A stretch of 64,000 nucleotides of DNA from Stylophora pistillata (taxonomy: Eukaryota), in the NCBI RefSeq assembly GCF_002571385.2, contig NW_019217860.1, positions 390,856 through 454,855 on the forward strand, written 5' to 3'. Positions within the stretch are counted from its first letter, which is position 1. Each line of letters begins with the position of its first letter. This document shows positions 1-12,250 of the stretch, in pieces. A model generated the notes under the pieces. It saw only the letters and a list, made by a program, of their open reading frames with translations, did not search any database and had not been told where the DNA came from. Position numbers and translations under genes: made by a program.

Positions 1-527
1 CCACGGCCTAGTTTTAGCTGGAATAACAAATAGAAAGATAAAAAATCACTATAAACAAACCAACCGGTCTTCTCGTTAAAATGTCTGGGAGAAAGACAAT
101 TACAAGTTCAAAATCAATTTTCCATATTAGCTGAGAATGGGTGACGCTGAATCTCGACGATTTTACCATTTTTTGACATTCTCTAGTAGAGTTGAGAGAA
201 AATTAATTGCATTAAAACAAAGCTAAAATGTCTTTACAAACTAGTCGCCTTCTCTTCCACCTTAAACCTAAGATCATCTTAAAATACAGATTGTACCCTG
301 CAAAAATACAGGCGAAAAAATGTTATACTTGGTGATTATGGCTAAAAGAAAGCTGACGGGAAAATAAAAATAGAATAAAATGATACAAGATTAGAAGAAG
401 CTATCTCGAATAAAACTACGTACCTTGTCTAGAGCTTCTCTCCAGGTGGTACAAAATTAACATAAAATAAAATGTTTTACATTATATATACAAGGCTAAA
501 AAGATTAAGCAAAATGAAATGTTAAAA

Positions 528-563
528 CCAAACGTTTTCGGCTATTTGCCATCATCAGGGTTG
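528..563 (-). ncRNA. Degenerate minimal hammerhead ribozyme motif (Penelope-type remnant)
   Basis: Minus strand reads AACC-CTGATGA-T-GGC-AAATA-GCC-GAAA-ACGT-TT-GGTT: canonical core, 3-bp stem II, palindromic stem III, stem I AACC/GGTT. The cleavage triplet would be UUU, which is poor. Confidence 0.4.
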
Positions 564-747
564 AAGGTGTTGACCGTCTGTACATACATATATATCTTAT
601 GTGATTCCCGATGGGAAAAGTTTGGTATATATAATATCTTTTATTAAGTGAACATTATGGGCATAAAATGTTTTATTTGCGCAGTTCTACAATAATGGAA
701 AAAAAAAAAAGAAAAAAGAAACTTACTAGAAACTAGTTCAACCTTAC

Positions 748-3062
748 CTAAGTTGCTATATCTTGTTCAACTGGTTCATTGTCTTTAAACTCGTGCTCCT
801 CCCCAGCACGTGTTTCGCCGCCCTGAAACTAAAGAAAAGTAATTTTCAAAGTAGTTAACATTTTGTGTTGTTTACTCACAGCCACAGCACTTAGTGATAA
901 GCTCCAGGTGAGCAAGACTAGTGCCCGCGTGAAATATCCTTGCTTTACTTAAGGTAAGTGGAATAGGAGCTTAAAACACCTTTGAAAATTTGCGTGGTTA
1001 TTATTAATAATGATGTTACTATTGTAATTACGGTGAAGCAGTGGAAATCATTTAGAATTAGCCTAATTTAATCCTTTAATCCCTAAGAGTGATTACCAGC
1101 TAATTTCTCCTATCAGTATCACATCTGAAACAGACATTGAGGTCATGACAAGGAAGTGATCATCAACTAGAGAGTCTCTTGATTTTTAAACAAATTCACT
1201 TAATTAATACCATATGAAAGTTATAGAGAACAGTATGGAGAATATGCATATTGATGTTAGGGTGTAAAAGACTGATGATACATGATTATATAATCTCAAC
1301 CATCCAGCCTCATTTCACAACATTTTCCTGGAACATCTGCAGCATTCTTGATGCCTTCGTGTGGGTATTTTTCAAGCTTAATTTCTCTGGAAATACTTGG
1401 CTATTTAAAGTCACCATTCAGAATATTGAGGGGTAGCATTGGAATATCTGGCAGCTAGATACACATAGGGGCGAAATTCTTGAAACAAAATTGATTTCAA
1501 TGACAAAAACTCACTGTTAAGAGGTCCACGTGCATCTCTCCAATCTCCAAGATATTCTCTTCATCTTCATTCATTAACTTTATTTTAGCTTTCATCATCG
1601 AGGCGTCGCTGACTGGCAAGCTGCAAACGACATTTTCTGCCAGCTTCATATGGTCAACCTTCTTCCTTTCAAGCTGGAAAATAATGCGTGATTGGTTTCA
1701 CACTTTGTTGATTTATTACAAAATTAAACTAATACAATCGACGTTCTTTGTATGAAATTTACCAACCAATGTTCATGCCTTCAGAGCTACTAGACGAACA
1801 GATTTTGATCACAGCTTTAGAGCAACGTTTTTGAAGGAAATTACCGAGATACTAAAAGATAAATTGCGATGATGCACTGTCATTAACGTTTTCATTACAA
1901 GATGTAGCCGTCAACCGATTATTTGGTGGATCTAGATCTGAACTCTCCTGGGTCACTAATACGAGAAGAAAAAAAAGCATAGAAACAAAAAACAAAAAGA
2001 ATTCTGACTGCGAATAATTACCTCCTTCTTGGCGTGAAAGTCCTCCAAGGATAAACACGCAAAGAGTTTTTCCCCTTGCGTTTTCTTCCATCGGAAACTG
2101 TTTGAGTATATCCTCTTTACGTTTTGATCACCTTGGATCTCCTATAAACAGTTAATAATAAATGCAGAGTTGATATGGATGTATATTGTAGTTACAAGAA
2201 CCATCATGTACTATCAACGACTATCACCGAATACCTCAGCTGTCCTGTAGTTTGGAAATGTTGAAATTCGACAAGATAGTTAAACGAGCGAATGATTGTG
2301 AATGATACTTCTTGGGTGAGCAGTTATGCTTAAAACTCAAAGCGAAATTGCAAATGGTAAAATGACTTGGGCAACCGTTAAAAGTTCGGAGAATGTCTCG
2401 ATGATCGATAAGTATTGCCTAGTGACTGTCCGAGCTATATAGCATAAACTGAAGGAGGTGCCTATTTTTAGCGAACGAATGCCAAATATTTTGATCTACT
2501 GTTAAATCGCCATATTGGATTGCCGGGATCGAAGTAAGCCTGGAACGAGTGAAAAAGAAAACGATAGGGTGGGGGTGAAAATGATCGATTTTAAGGGGGT
2601 TGTAGTCGTGTCAGTCTGTTCCAGGCTGTACACAATCTTAACAAACCAATATGGCGGCTTCGACATTCGATGGGAATGACTGATGGATCGGACGAATGGA
2701 AAGTCAAGTTCGTTGCCTAGTTTCCGAACTTGTTGGCCCACTAGTTGCCTGACTCGCTGGCGGACTTGCTTACTAACTAACCAGCTAACTACTTAACAAT
2801 CAAAATGGCCAGCTCGGTGGCAGACTGGTTAGTGGAACCGATAGATTGTCTGACAGGCTGACTGTGCTAAAGTACCCGCTCTCACTTTAAGAACGTCTAA
2901 GCGGCCAGAATCCTCCAAGGCCCTGGTGACGTACATGACTAGTTGGTGTAGTGATCCTGTGCCCCCGTTTGTCGCTGGTCGTACATAACTGAAAATATCC
3001 ACCATGTAATGGTCGTCATCGACGCAAGTTTCTTGGATACGCTCTGGTACGTTATCGGACAT
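748..3062 (-). CDS. X1: divergent stand-alone UPA-like protein, 176 aa; exons 3062-2886, 2141-2022, 1673-1515, 822-748
   Basis: All introns GT-AG, phase 0. Exon 2 (120 nt) and exon 3 (159 nt) have the same lengths as in X2-X4. Spliced: MSDNVPERIQETCVDDDHYMVDIFSYVRP...DVLK|EIQGDQNVKRIYSNSFRWKKTQGEKLFACLSLEDFHAKKE|LERKKVDHMKLAENVVCSLPVSDASMMKAKIKLMNEDEENILEIGEMHVDLLT|GGETRAGEEHEFKDNEPVEQDIAT*. Last exon least certain. Confidence 0.8.
1068..1275. mobile_element. About 200-bp MITE (TTAACCCTTTA-type ends) in X1 intron 3
   Basis: Ends ttaatcctttaatccctaa ... ttagggtgtaaaagactga form degenerate TIRs. Internal sequence resembles an abundant coral MITE (recalled, not searched). Confidence 0.6.
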
Positions 3063-3770
3063 TATATCATAATTCTGCGCACAGGGGTAGGATGTTACTT
3101 CTTTGCTGTAAACTGCAGCATTAATAAAGAAAAAAATTGGATAAAAAAGATCGTAGAATAAATTTGAGGAGAAGCGTATATTTATATATATGGCGTATGC
3201 GTTTCCACGTTGCTTAGATCGTAGGCTTTAGTCTTGTTTTTGTTAACCTCTTGTGCAAACAAGTCATTTGCTTGTGGCAGAATTTATGCTACTGAATGAC
3301 AATTCTCGTCCACGCATTGACTTAAATAACGGCATAAAGATCGATATTACAAAGAATACTTGTGACTCTATTCGCTGAGATGTGTTAAACACGTGTGTTA
3401 GACACGCGTGTTAAACACGAAGTTACATATGTACCTTGATAAGCCTCGTATATGTGTGTAAAGACCGCCTCAGACGAATAGATTAGTTACCTTTGTATGT
3501 GTTCCAAAATCCAAAACGAAATCCCGTCAGCAGTTTTCAATCTGGTGCCAAACAGAAAACTTCTGTCATTATGGGTTAATACTGATAATCTTCCTTTTGT
3601 CACTTCAGTATGAGATGTGCACTCTACTTTGCCTCCTAGATAACCTTTGATCGGGATGGTAAGGGATCAGTCCTTCTTTTAATAGACAAGAAATGCAATG
3701 GACCCCTGCGAAGACTTTCGTCATGGAAAGGTTTTAATATATTCATAGAATACGCCGAAATCACTCAAAT

Positions 3771-5100
3771 GGGGCTTCCCCGAATAAAATGAAAACAAAG
3801 GCAAACATTTTACCTCCTAAAGTATTTTCGCTTTCGGGTCAATGAGTGGGAAAAAAATTAGTATTGTCTCAGAATCCATGCAGTTACATATCTGATATTC
3901 CTATCATAACAACAATTCAAATTGAACAAGATGCTTGTAAATGAATACCTCTAGTGACTCTTACCCCTTATTCGAAACCAAGATGATTCCTTGTTCGATT
4001 CTTTGTTGGCTGCGGTGAGTTATTCTCTTAAGCACCCAAAATTTCGAGCTAATTTGATTTGATATTTTCCGAGCCTCAGTATTAAACGACTGCTCAAATC
4101 CTGCTGCCCTTTTCACGCTAAAAAAAATTTAAGGATATGTTCGCTAGATGAAGACACGGCAAGCGAAATCCCTTACGGCGGTGACCTACTTTGCACTCTG
4201 CGCTCAAGACACAAACGTTTCACTGATGAATTTCTTTCTTTCTTTCCTATGGCAAGGGGGGTTTCCCTTTGCACTTTCGTTTTGAACACTACCAAACTTG
4301 CTTTCACATCAAAATTAAACGATCTTTTCTTTTGGGACGTTTGGGTTCTAAAAAGAGACTATTTTATTTGCTAAGACTGAGTGGTTGCGAAGGTTTTCCT
4401 TTTACTTCCTTTTTAGATTTTCGAATGTCCCGAAGGCTGTTACTTTGACGAAAGAGCCTGTCCTGTAAGAGATTTTGAAAGTGCAACAATAAAAAAAAAA
4501 TGTAAAAAGTGTGGTGCTTCCATCAGCGCTTCTCGATTAGACTTACAGTAATTAATTTAAAAGTGCTCTCTTAAGAGTTTTCTGGAATTCAGATGTTGTG
4601 GCTCTGATAATTATTTCAAGGTTAAAAATGTGCTTCATTGCAATTTTTTTGTTTATCGGGGAAAACCCCGGCCTTTTACTCTTATTTTCGATTTACTCAT
4701 GTAAGACCTGTTTCACAACATGTTCCTTACTTTGGCACTTTTGCAAGACTCGCTATTCGCAGCTCAATATGAAGAAAAAGTGTCAGTAAGAGGAACTATA
4801 ATCTTATGAGAAGTTTAGTTTTACCTTTTGATTATTTTTAAACTTTCGCAGACGCCGACGGTGACGGTTGATGACCTGCTCCTATCATATTCAATGAATC
4901 GGTGGTCTCTGTTTTCATTTGTTCTGAAGACATTTGCCTTTATCATTTAGCTAAATGTAATTCAGAGATCAAATGGACATCGAAAAGGGCTTTGATAAGC
5001 AAACTTGGCAACATTAGATGCTTCTCGAGCTTTGTTTAGGGCGCTAATTTTGGCTAGAATATAAACTTAACCTCTAAAATGTTCATTAGGGGAAAACCCC
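3771..5100. promoter_or_regulatory. Putative bidirectional promoter X1/Z1 with kappaB-like site cluster
   Basis: GGGGCTTCCC 3771-3780, GGGGTTTCCC 4258-4267, GGGGAAAACCCC 4658-4669 and 5089-5100. ISRE-like TTTTCGCTTTC near 3825 and ACTTTCGTTTT near 4273. Confidence 0.6.
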
Positions 5101-5805
5101 TTGTTTTGATTTCTTTCATTTTCATGGTTAAGTTGCATATTGGCGACACGCACCCGACAAAATCCACCCAGTCAGCACGAATCAAGCAGCGCAAAGAGGG
5201 AAAGAGATGTTTGTGATGTTGAAACCATGTAAAACTCAAGAAAAGGCAAAAATCTGGCCCAGCAGCAAGAATGCGTCCAGGTAAGGCAATACGCATGTGT
5301 CAATGAAAGCACAAGTCTACAGTCACTGGATCCCACAAAAATGTATTTTGATGCAAGAATGTATCTTGCAAATAACGAAAATGTTGCATATATTAAAATT
5401 CATCAGTGTATTACCCAGAATTTAAAATAAGCGGCTGTACTTATGGGATAACACATTGAAAATATCATTGAAAATAAAGATTGAGTTATTCCCTTTTCAC
5501 CTTTTCTGAACATATGAAATCATTTCAAATTTTATGAGGAAACTTTTTCTTAGTCAGCCGATCTTTGCAGCAAACACTTTCGATTTTTTTGTTTTGTTTG
5601 TTTTTTTACCTCTGATGTGGTGCAACATGGTTTTTAGTTGTTTTGGTCGTTCGTTCGTTCATTTGTTTAATTGTTTCGTTTTGTTTTATTTTTTAATTCA
5701 GAATGCCGGATGAGCTCCAATTTACTTCAGCACGTTAGTGCGGGTGAATTGTTTGTCAATAGGTTGTCATTTGATGTGGGGACTGTACTGAAGCACCTTT
5801 ACAGA

Positions 5806-5958
5806 CTCATCATCATCATCTTCATTATAACTTCAACTGTCACCATCTCCATCGTTAGCAGTCTCATCATCATCATTGTCATTATCACCTTCATCATCTC
5901 TATCAATATCAGTGCAATCATTATCATCATTATTGTTATTATCGTTATCATTATCATT
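5806..5958. repeat. Degenerate (ATC/ATT)n microsatellite
   Basis: Directly visible; explains the poly-Ile ORF 5671-6000. Confidence 0.9.
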
Positions 5959-5992
5959 AAGCAATCGATCGATTGGTTAGCTCAATTGCCCC

Positions 5993-6330
5993 CGGGTTAG
6001 CTCAATTGGTAGAGCGCCAGACTGTTGTGCGGGAGCTCGAGGGTTTTAGCCCCGGCCGGACCAACAATAACGGTCTTAAAATAACTGAGGGGAATTTGCT
6101 ACCTTTCTATAATAACAAGAAATGGATAGAAATTCTAGTCTTCTCGGATAAGGACGGATAAACCGTAGGCCCCGTCTCCTGCAAGGTTAGGGGTAGGAGA
6201 CGTTAATTTCCCACGCACAAGATTACTGTGTGGTGGATGTCCTCCCCTGGGGTGGGATGGGTGGGTTTACTGGGCCCGCATGTAATTGGCATATATTTAC
6301 ATATAGATTTATCGCTTTACTTGGTCATCT
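5993..6330 (+). mobile_element. tRNA-derived SINE
   Basis: A-box head TTAGCTCAATTGGTAGAGCG and degenerate B-box, then body GGCCGGACCAAC..GGTCTTAAAATAACTGAGG..TTCTCGGATAAGGAC.ATAAACCGTAGGCCC resembling cnidarian SINE2 families. 3' boundary approximate. Confidence 0.7.
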
Positions 6331-6437
6331 GGCTTTTTTAAGTCTAGTTCATTATTCATCTCCTTACCTTGTTTTTATGTCGTTTTTTAAAGGCGTGTAA
6401 CTCGACTGATATGTTATCTTTATCTTTAACAGCGGTG

Positions 6438-8114
6438 ATGGTCAGCGGCCGTTACATAATAAATCAAAATGGGCCCCTTCCTCCACAGCCCATTTTGATC
6501 GAACACTGCTGTTTGATGGTAAAGGGAAACGTATGGGATATCTCTATTAAATGCCGGCCACATTCCAATCAACGCAAGAAAAATGAAAACTGGATAAATA
6601 TCAAAGAAGTGTATCCTGATGCCAAAGTGGAGAGAAAACGTAACGACATCCAGCTAACCTTGCCTTTGCTGAGAGAAAATCTTGAATTGGCAGCCTTTGG
6701 AGTTCCAGGAAAAGATGACCAGAAGCGAATGCAAATGGCGATCTTTGGAAAGGACCCAACAAAAGGCTGCGACTGGAAGATTAGGATTTATCTGATAGAT
6801 GACTCCGAAATGGCGCTCAAGGTAACACATTTACTCATAATCACAATTTTTCTATAGGATTAAAGGTTAAGTTTAAACAAAAAAAAAAAAAAAGAAAAAA
6901 GGAGAGAAACAAAAGGAGTTGAAAATTAAGGTTATTGCCTCGATGATCTTAAATACTTCATCCTCATCCAGAATAAGTTTTTTGAATTCGGCCAGAATCT
7001 GGGTCTCCTAATTTGGTTTGCTCTTTGCTTTGATGAGTTATTTTTTTGTTGTTGTCTGTTTGTTCGGCATGTTGTTTTGTTTACTTGATCTGTTGAGCCT
7101 CTTCAGATGGTTCCTTTTATTCAATTTACAGCAGATTTGTAAGAAAGGAGAAGATTCAGGAATCAAATTGTTGACAACGCTGTCCAGCTTGTTTGTATCC
7201 AACAGTAAACAAGATATTAGCATGAAGTTTATTCACTTGGAAGCGGGATGGCAAATCGTTGGGGACGAAGTGAAAGTAAGCTCAGGCTACTCTATAGGGA
7301 GTGAGTGCGTTCTTAGATAGTATGACCTTAAGCGATAATTGACACTAGAAATGAGAGTTCGTTTTGATGCTAAAACACACATTAAACCAGTAGATAGCAC
7401 CTGAAAACGCAGGCATTTAAGGATTTTGATTCCCAGGTTCTAAACTTTTATGCAATCCTTTTGCCTAGACGATAGCATCAAGAGATGCCTGGAATTCTCC
7501 AGAAAATGCGACAGATTTTCCTTACTGTGATTTTGTTGTGAGACACGCTGATATGACTAAGCAGCAGTTCTTCTGTAGAATAAGAGCAACACACGAAAAC
7601 GACACGGCTGATAACGAGGTTGTGGCTTTTTTCCAAAAGGTAAATAAACTCATTATAACTTTTACCTTATTCATGTTATACCTCTACGGTTATATCAATG
7701 CTGCCGAAGTTACAAGACGCTTTACAACGAGGAAACCAAAGTAGAAATTACTCATCATTAAAGAAGAATTAATAAACACGACTAAAACATTGATTTCAAA
7801 AGATGTGGTTAAGCTACTAACAGTTTACTTTAAGGTGAAAACAAGTGGTTGGGGAAACAATTCAAATCGAAAACAAAACAAAACAAAAACAAAACAAAGA
7901 CAAAACAAAGTAAAACAAGAAAAAACAAGAGAAAAAGAGAGGAAGAAAAATTGATCAAGAACTCGTTTTAAAACGACAGAGGCTTGATATCAAGATAGTT
8001 GATGTATCAATTTCGTTTCCCTATTTCATTCCACAGGACAATGATAGCAAGATCAACAAACCAACTGAAAAGAAACACAAGAAAACTTTTCAGATGAACT
8101 GTTCGAAGGGTTAG
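6438..8114 (+). CDS. Z1 (type A): partial ZU5 + UNC5-type UPA protein, about 258 aa; exons 6438-6821, 7132-7275, 7469-7639, 8037-8114; possible extra first exon 5703-5733 (MPDELQFTSA, phase 1 into acceptor at 6433)
   Basis: GT-AG phase-0 introns give a continuous ORF. PILIEHCC..W resembles the ZU5 C-terminal part. KRMQMAIFG..DWKIRIYLIDDSEMALK..LL..L..W..DAW..YCDF..FFCRI resembles the UNC5 UPA domain (KRLQLAVF..LRVYCLEDTPVALK..IW..HCTF..LTCKI). Confidence 0.82.
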
Positions 8115-9916
8115 GCATATTTGTGCTTTTCAATGATTAGACTAAATTATGCTTCCTAGGTCAAATTTAGCTATGTTTCCCTCAATCAAATACACTCAAT
8201 GTCTTTTAGATGTCAATAGTGGATACGGAGAGACGAGGAAAATGCTCATTCAAATTTAACAATTCTCACCGAACTTTACGTGACCTGTGCTTATAAGAAA
8301 GATGAATACTACAATATTTCTTCTGTCTAAAAGACAAGGGTTGTTTGGCTGAAATCTCCCAGCAGTTAACTCGTGAGATGAAATTTGGATCATTTGGTTT
8401 TTTTCTAACGACAACAGGATGGGCCACGCTTATTCAAGAGGGTTCGTAACTCAGAAGTAAACATTATCCAGCTTTTAAAACCTTTGGTGGAGAATGTTCG
8501 ATCAAATTGAATAATCAATGCATTTAATCATTCACTAATCCATGATTTAATAATTTCATCAGAATCCAATGCTGCTGGATGACGTCCCGAAATGGATTGT
8601 CAGTGTTCAACTTCAGTACCAAGCCTTGCAGCTTTGTATAAGCGTTATGATTTTCGCCGTCCACTATAGACACGCTAAGGCTAATCAGAAGTCTCTAAAA
8701 ATAATTAAAAAAAGCCTCGAATCGAATGGCAACAGGGACGGATAGCGTTAAATTGATCTTTACTTAGTTGGAAACATAGCTAAAAAGACTAGAGTGTAAC
8801 AAGTCAAATTGATATGCAGGGGCCGAATTTTTTTGCCACTTGGACCAAGGTAAATGTCACTTTTCAATCTTTCAACACTTTAAGCAGTCAATTAAAAGGA
8901 AAATATGTCCGGCTGTTGGAGGTTTTCTTGTTTGATCCTTGTCTGATGACTCTTTTCTATATTTTTTTTATTCCTTTTCCTTTCTGTTTATATATATATA
9001 TATATTTAATTCACTCCTTCATCTTATCTTTACAAATTATTTATCTTAATTTTTTATTTGGAAGAAGTTTTATTTTTTTCTTCCATGTTTGAGTACTGCA
9101 TGCATGGTGCACACATTTCATTTTAAAAATTCGAGAGGAGCTGAACCAAGAAGATCATGATGGCGTTAAAAAAGCAGCGTGACACCCCTTCGCGACTTGA
9201 GCAATATCAGATTGAAAATTTAGCAAATAATCGAAAACTTTGCCCTTGTAACCATACGACCACATATATTGATTCGACTAATTGCCTTCAAGAAAGATCA
9301 TCCCAAACATCTATACATTCAAGTTCACTCCCAAACCCCCTCCCCCCCCCAAAAAAAAAGGGAAAGAAAAAGAAAAATGAGAAATAAATGAAACTTGATC
9401 TCGGCATTACTATCTTTATTTTACCATAGCGTACACATAGCATTAAAACTGTGCGGAAAATATTCTCGTTCTAATGCCTTACTAAAAACTGTTCACATGA
9501 TATAGACTACATCAAAGAGATATTACTTACATGTGATCAAAGCTGTTCGCTATAATACTATGTTAAGTTGCTGTATTTGTAGTCATTTTTCGCTAATCTA
9601 AAGAGCGTGGCTAAACAGTACACGTTGCACACTATGCACTATTATAGAGACTTATAACGATGTTTACATATTTACAGAGCGGATAAGAGTAGATCGGACG
9701 ATTTAGACGTATTCGGTCGCCGTCTGTGCCTTCAACATAGGGCTCCGTACTTGCATCAACCTTAAAACGTTGCGGGCTCAGGACCCTGGATAGACCTAAG
9801 CCAGGCGGCTACCTCAGGTGACTAATGTAGTGCATCCAACCGCAGCCTTTGGCGCGAGGCTCGACATCGGCGTCAAACGCCTCTCCGCCTCACCAATAGA
9901 ATCCCTTTCCTTTTCT

Positions 9917-12250
9917 TTACTCCGAGGTGTGGTCATGCTCAACCGCTGGTTTCGTCTCTTCCAAGTGAGTCTAGCGGGGAAAATGCAAGTAATCTGATTA
10001 CTCTTTTATCGATGAAACGTTTCATCGTACTAATATGGTAAAGATGTTAAACCTATGAAACCAACATACAGCAGCTAAATCACTGTCTTTTAATCCATGA
10101 ACATTTGATGTGATCGCGATCCTTTCAGCGAATATTTCAGCCTATCGCCTTACAGATTATGCATAAATCGATTGCATAGTCTAAAATATTTTTTTAGCCA
10201 AGCTTTCTCATTCACCTTCACTAATCAGTTTATCAAAGAAAGGTGTTTCTTAAGCATCTTCACTTATTCGTGACGTCGTTTGTTGCCCCAGCTCATTTTT
10301 GTCATTGTAAATAATTACAACGATACCTATTTCAGTTAATTGGTTAATTGATCATTATCCCATAGATCATTTATTTTGTTATTTTTTCGATCAATTTTTG
10401 AATTAGTCTTACACCACTTACCGAAGGAAGTTTCACCTCAAAGTGCTCTGTTTCAAGCAGACTCTCATTCCGTTCGTTCGTCAGCAATGCAGCGATCTTC
10501 AGAGAAGTTAAATTACCAAGCGGAAGAGTAAAACTGAGTTTCTCTGGTAGCTTGAACTGGTCAATCTTTGTTCTCTCCAACTGCGTCAATGCATGCAATA
10601 GCATTAAAAAATATTCAGCGAAAACAAAATTATCCTTCAAGCCACCAATCACACTCGATCGTCGAGGGGGCTCTCAAGGGCAATAATTAGATGACCGCTG
10701 ACTAGAGGACAACTACAAAACAATTTCAATCTCAAACCTTTTAAAGGTGGGATATAGCCTCAATTGAAACTCTATCTCGACAAAAAAACTTGATTATGTG
10801 CAGGTCCTATTATTCAATCTTACTGCATGAAATTATTTTTCTTCAAAATTTTTTTTTTGGCTTTTTATTTTTTAACTAGTACTTTAGCCGAGAAATCACA
10901 TGTTTCAGTTGCCATCTAACTCCCTTCCTGTTACGTTGGAATGTACTTCAAAGAAATCAGTTATTACCTTTTTAACTGCTTGAAAATCTCCCATTTTCAA
11001 ATGGGCAATGATTGACGTGGCTCCTCTCTCTCTTAAACAGAGTCGATCAGTGTATGCCTTGATCAGGCCAAGTCGAGTTTGTTCCTCCTTAAAATATTAC
11101 AACAATACCTCATTTTTTATTCACTCACACACTCATGATGAGTCATTTAAGTCCCAGATGTGACTTAAATTTAAATTTTCCTCAAACTGTTGCTACTTCA
11201 TACAGTAATCATGTGATGACAATCAAGAAATGCATCAGTACAAGGGTGTTTGCCTTGATTAACCCAACAGAACCCAACTAAGCTACATGGAATTATAGAA
11301 AAGCCGGATTGGGAAATTGCTCCTCAGGTGTAAAGTGATATAAAAAGTTAAACGCATTTTCCACAATGTTTTCTCCCAGTCACTATCGCTCTCTAAAAAA
11401 ACAAAAATTCTTATCTCATTCCGAAAGGTCGTGGCAGTAAAGCTTAAAATTCAAATGCTGATTAACTGAGAGNNNNNNNNNNNNNNNNNNNNNNNNNNNN
11501 NNNNNNNNNNNNNNNNNNNNNNNNNNNNNNNNNNNNNNNNNNNNNNNNNNNNNNNNNNNNNNNNNNNNNNNNNNNNNNNNNNNNNNNNNNNNNNNNNNNN
11601 NNNNNNNNNNNNNNNNNNNNNNNNNNNNNNNNNNNNNNNNNNNNNNNNNNNNNNNNNNNNNNNNNNNNNNNNNTACCCCACCCCCTGTAAGTGCTTTATT
11701 CGGTTTCTTACAGAACATTTCATCTTCGCAACCGATGTGGTCTGCTGAAGTTTCCATTTGGTTAAAAATTGATCAAGAGGTTCTTTAGATATTTGGAGAG
11801 AAGTGACCCATGATCCAACATCTCTCCTGGAAGGAAAGCATCACAGAACGTTATGTTTTACCACAATTGGCAGAAAATTCGCGATCTGATTGGCCAATTT
11901 GCCGTTGTCGATAAGGGTACAGATAACGCTGCTCGCAAAGTGTCAGCCACTGAAAGAATCGTTTCATTTGACGTCTATATCGTGGTAAAAGCCAAATTGA
12001 CTGTGGCTTAGCGTGGTCTGTTCTCTTATCGACAACGATATTCTTCATTACATTTCCTAAGAGATACCTGTAGAAAACTTTTTCTCTGCCGGCCTCCATC
12101 TTTGGTCATATAGAGGAAAAGCTGCTTGCGAAGCTTAGCGTTGTCATGCTGTCCCGGTTGTACAAGGCTGTACATATCTATGATATAACAATCGTCGCAG
12201 CTCTCACCCAAGCATGCTCGTTGTCTCACCAGCGGCACGTCATCAGACAT
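9917..12250 (-). CDS. X2: stand-alone UPA-like protein, 171 aa; exons 12250-12068, 11087-10968, 10580-10422, 9970-9917
   Basis: GT-AG phase-0 introns. MSDDVPLVRQRACLGESCDDCYIIDMYSLVQPG...SFLQ|EEQTRLGLIKAYTDRLCLRERGATSIIAHLKMGDFQAVKK|LERTKIDQFKLPEKLSFTLPLGNLTSLKIAALLTNERNESLLETEHFEVKLPS|THLEETKPAVEHDHTSE*. The 54-nt last exon is conserved in X3 and X4. Confidence 0.87.
11473..11673. other. Assembly gap (201 N) in X2 intron 1
   Basis: Run of N. Confidence 1.
11850..12052. repeat. Interspersed repeat/MITE remnant in intron 1 of X2, shared with X3 (about 27035-27235) and absent from X4
   Basis: Internal inverted motifs cgttgtcgataag/cttatcgacaacg and ttttaccac/gtggtaaaa. Confidence 0.55.

Noticed and set aside
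5671-6000. Hydrophobic poly-Ile ORF as a membrane protein
   Set aside because: Translation of an (ATC)n microsatellite.
5993-6065. tRNA gene
   Set aside because: B-box/T-arm degenerate, no proper acceptor stem, and it continues into a SINE body.
7018-7320. Signal peptide or transmembrane segment before the Z1 exon (also 43329-43616)
   Set aside because: The hydrophobic part is T-rich intron sequence upstream of the acceptor.
10246-10310. NDKNELGQQTTSRISEDA* as the last exon of X2/X3
   Set aside because: No AG acceptor in front of it and not preserved in X4; the THLEE exon has good acceptors in all three genes.
10422-10580. IPT/Rel dimerisation domain for the X family
   Set aside because: Only the last strands resemble it, while the UPA match runs the whole length. 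Not formally excluded without a structure search.
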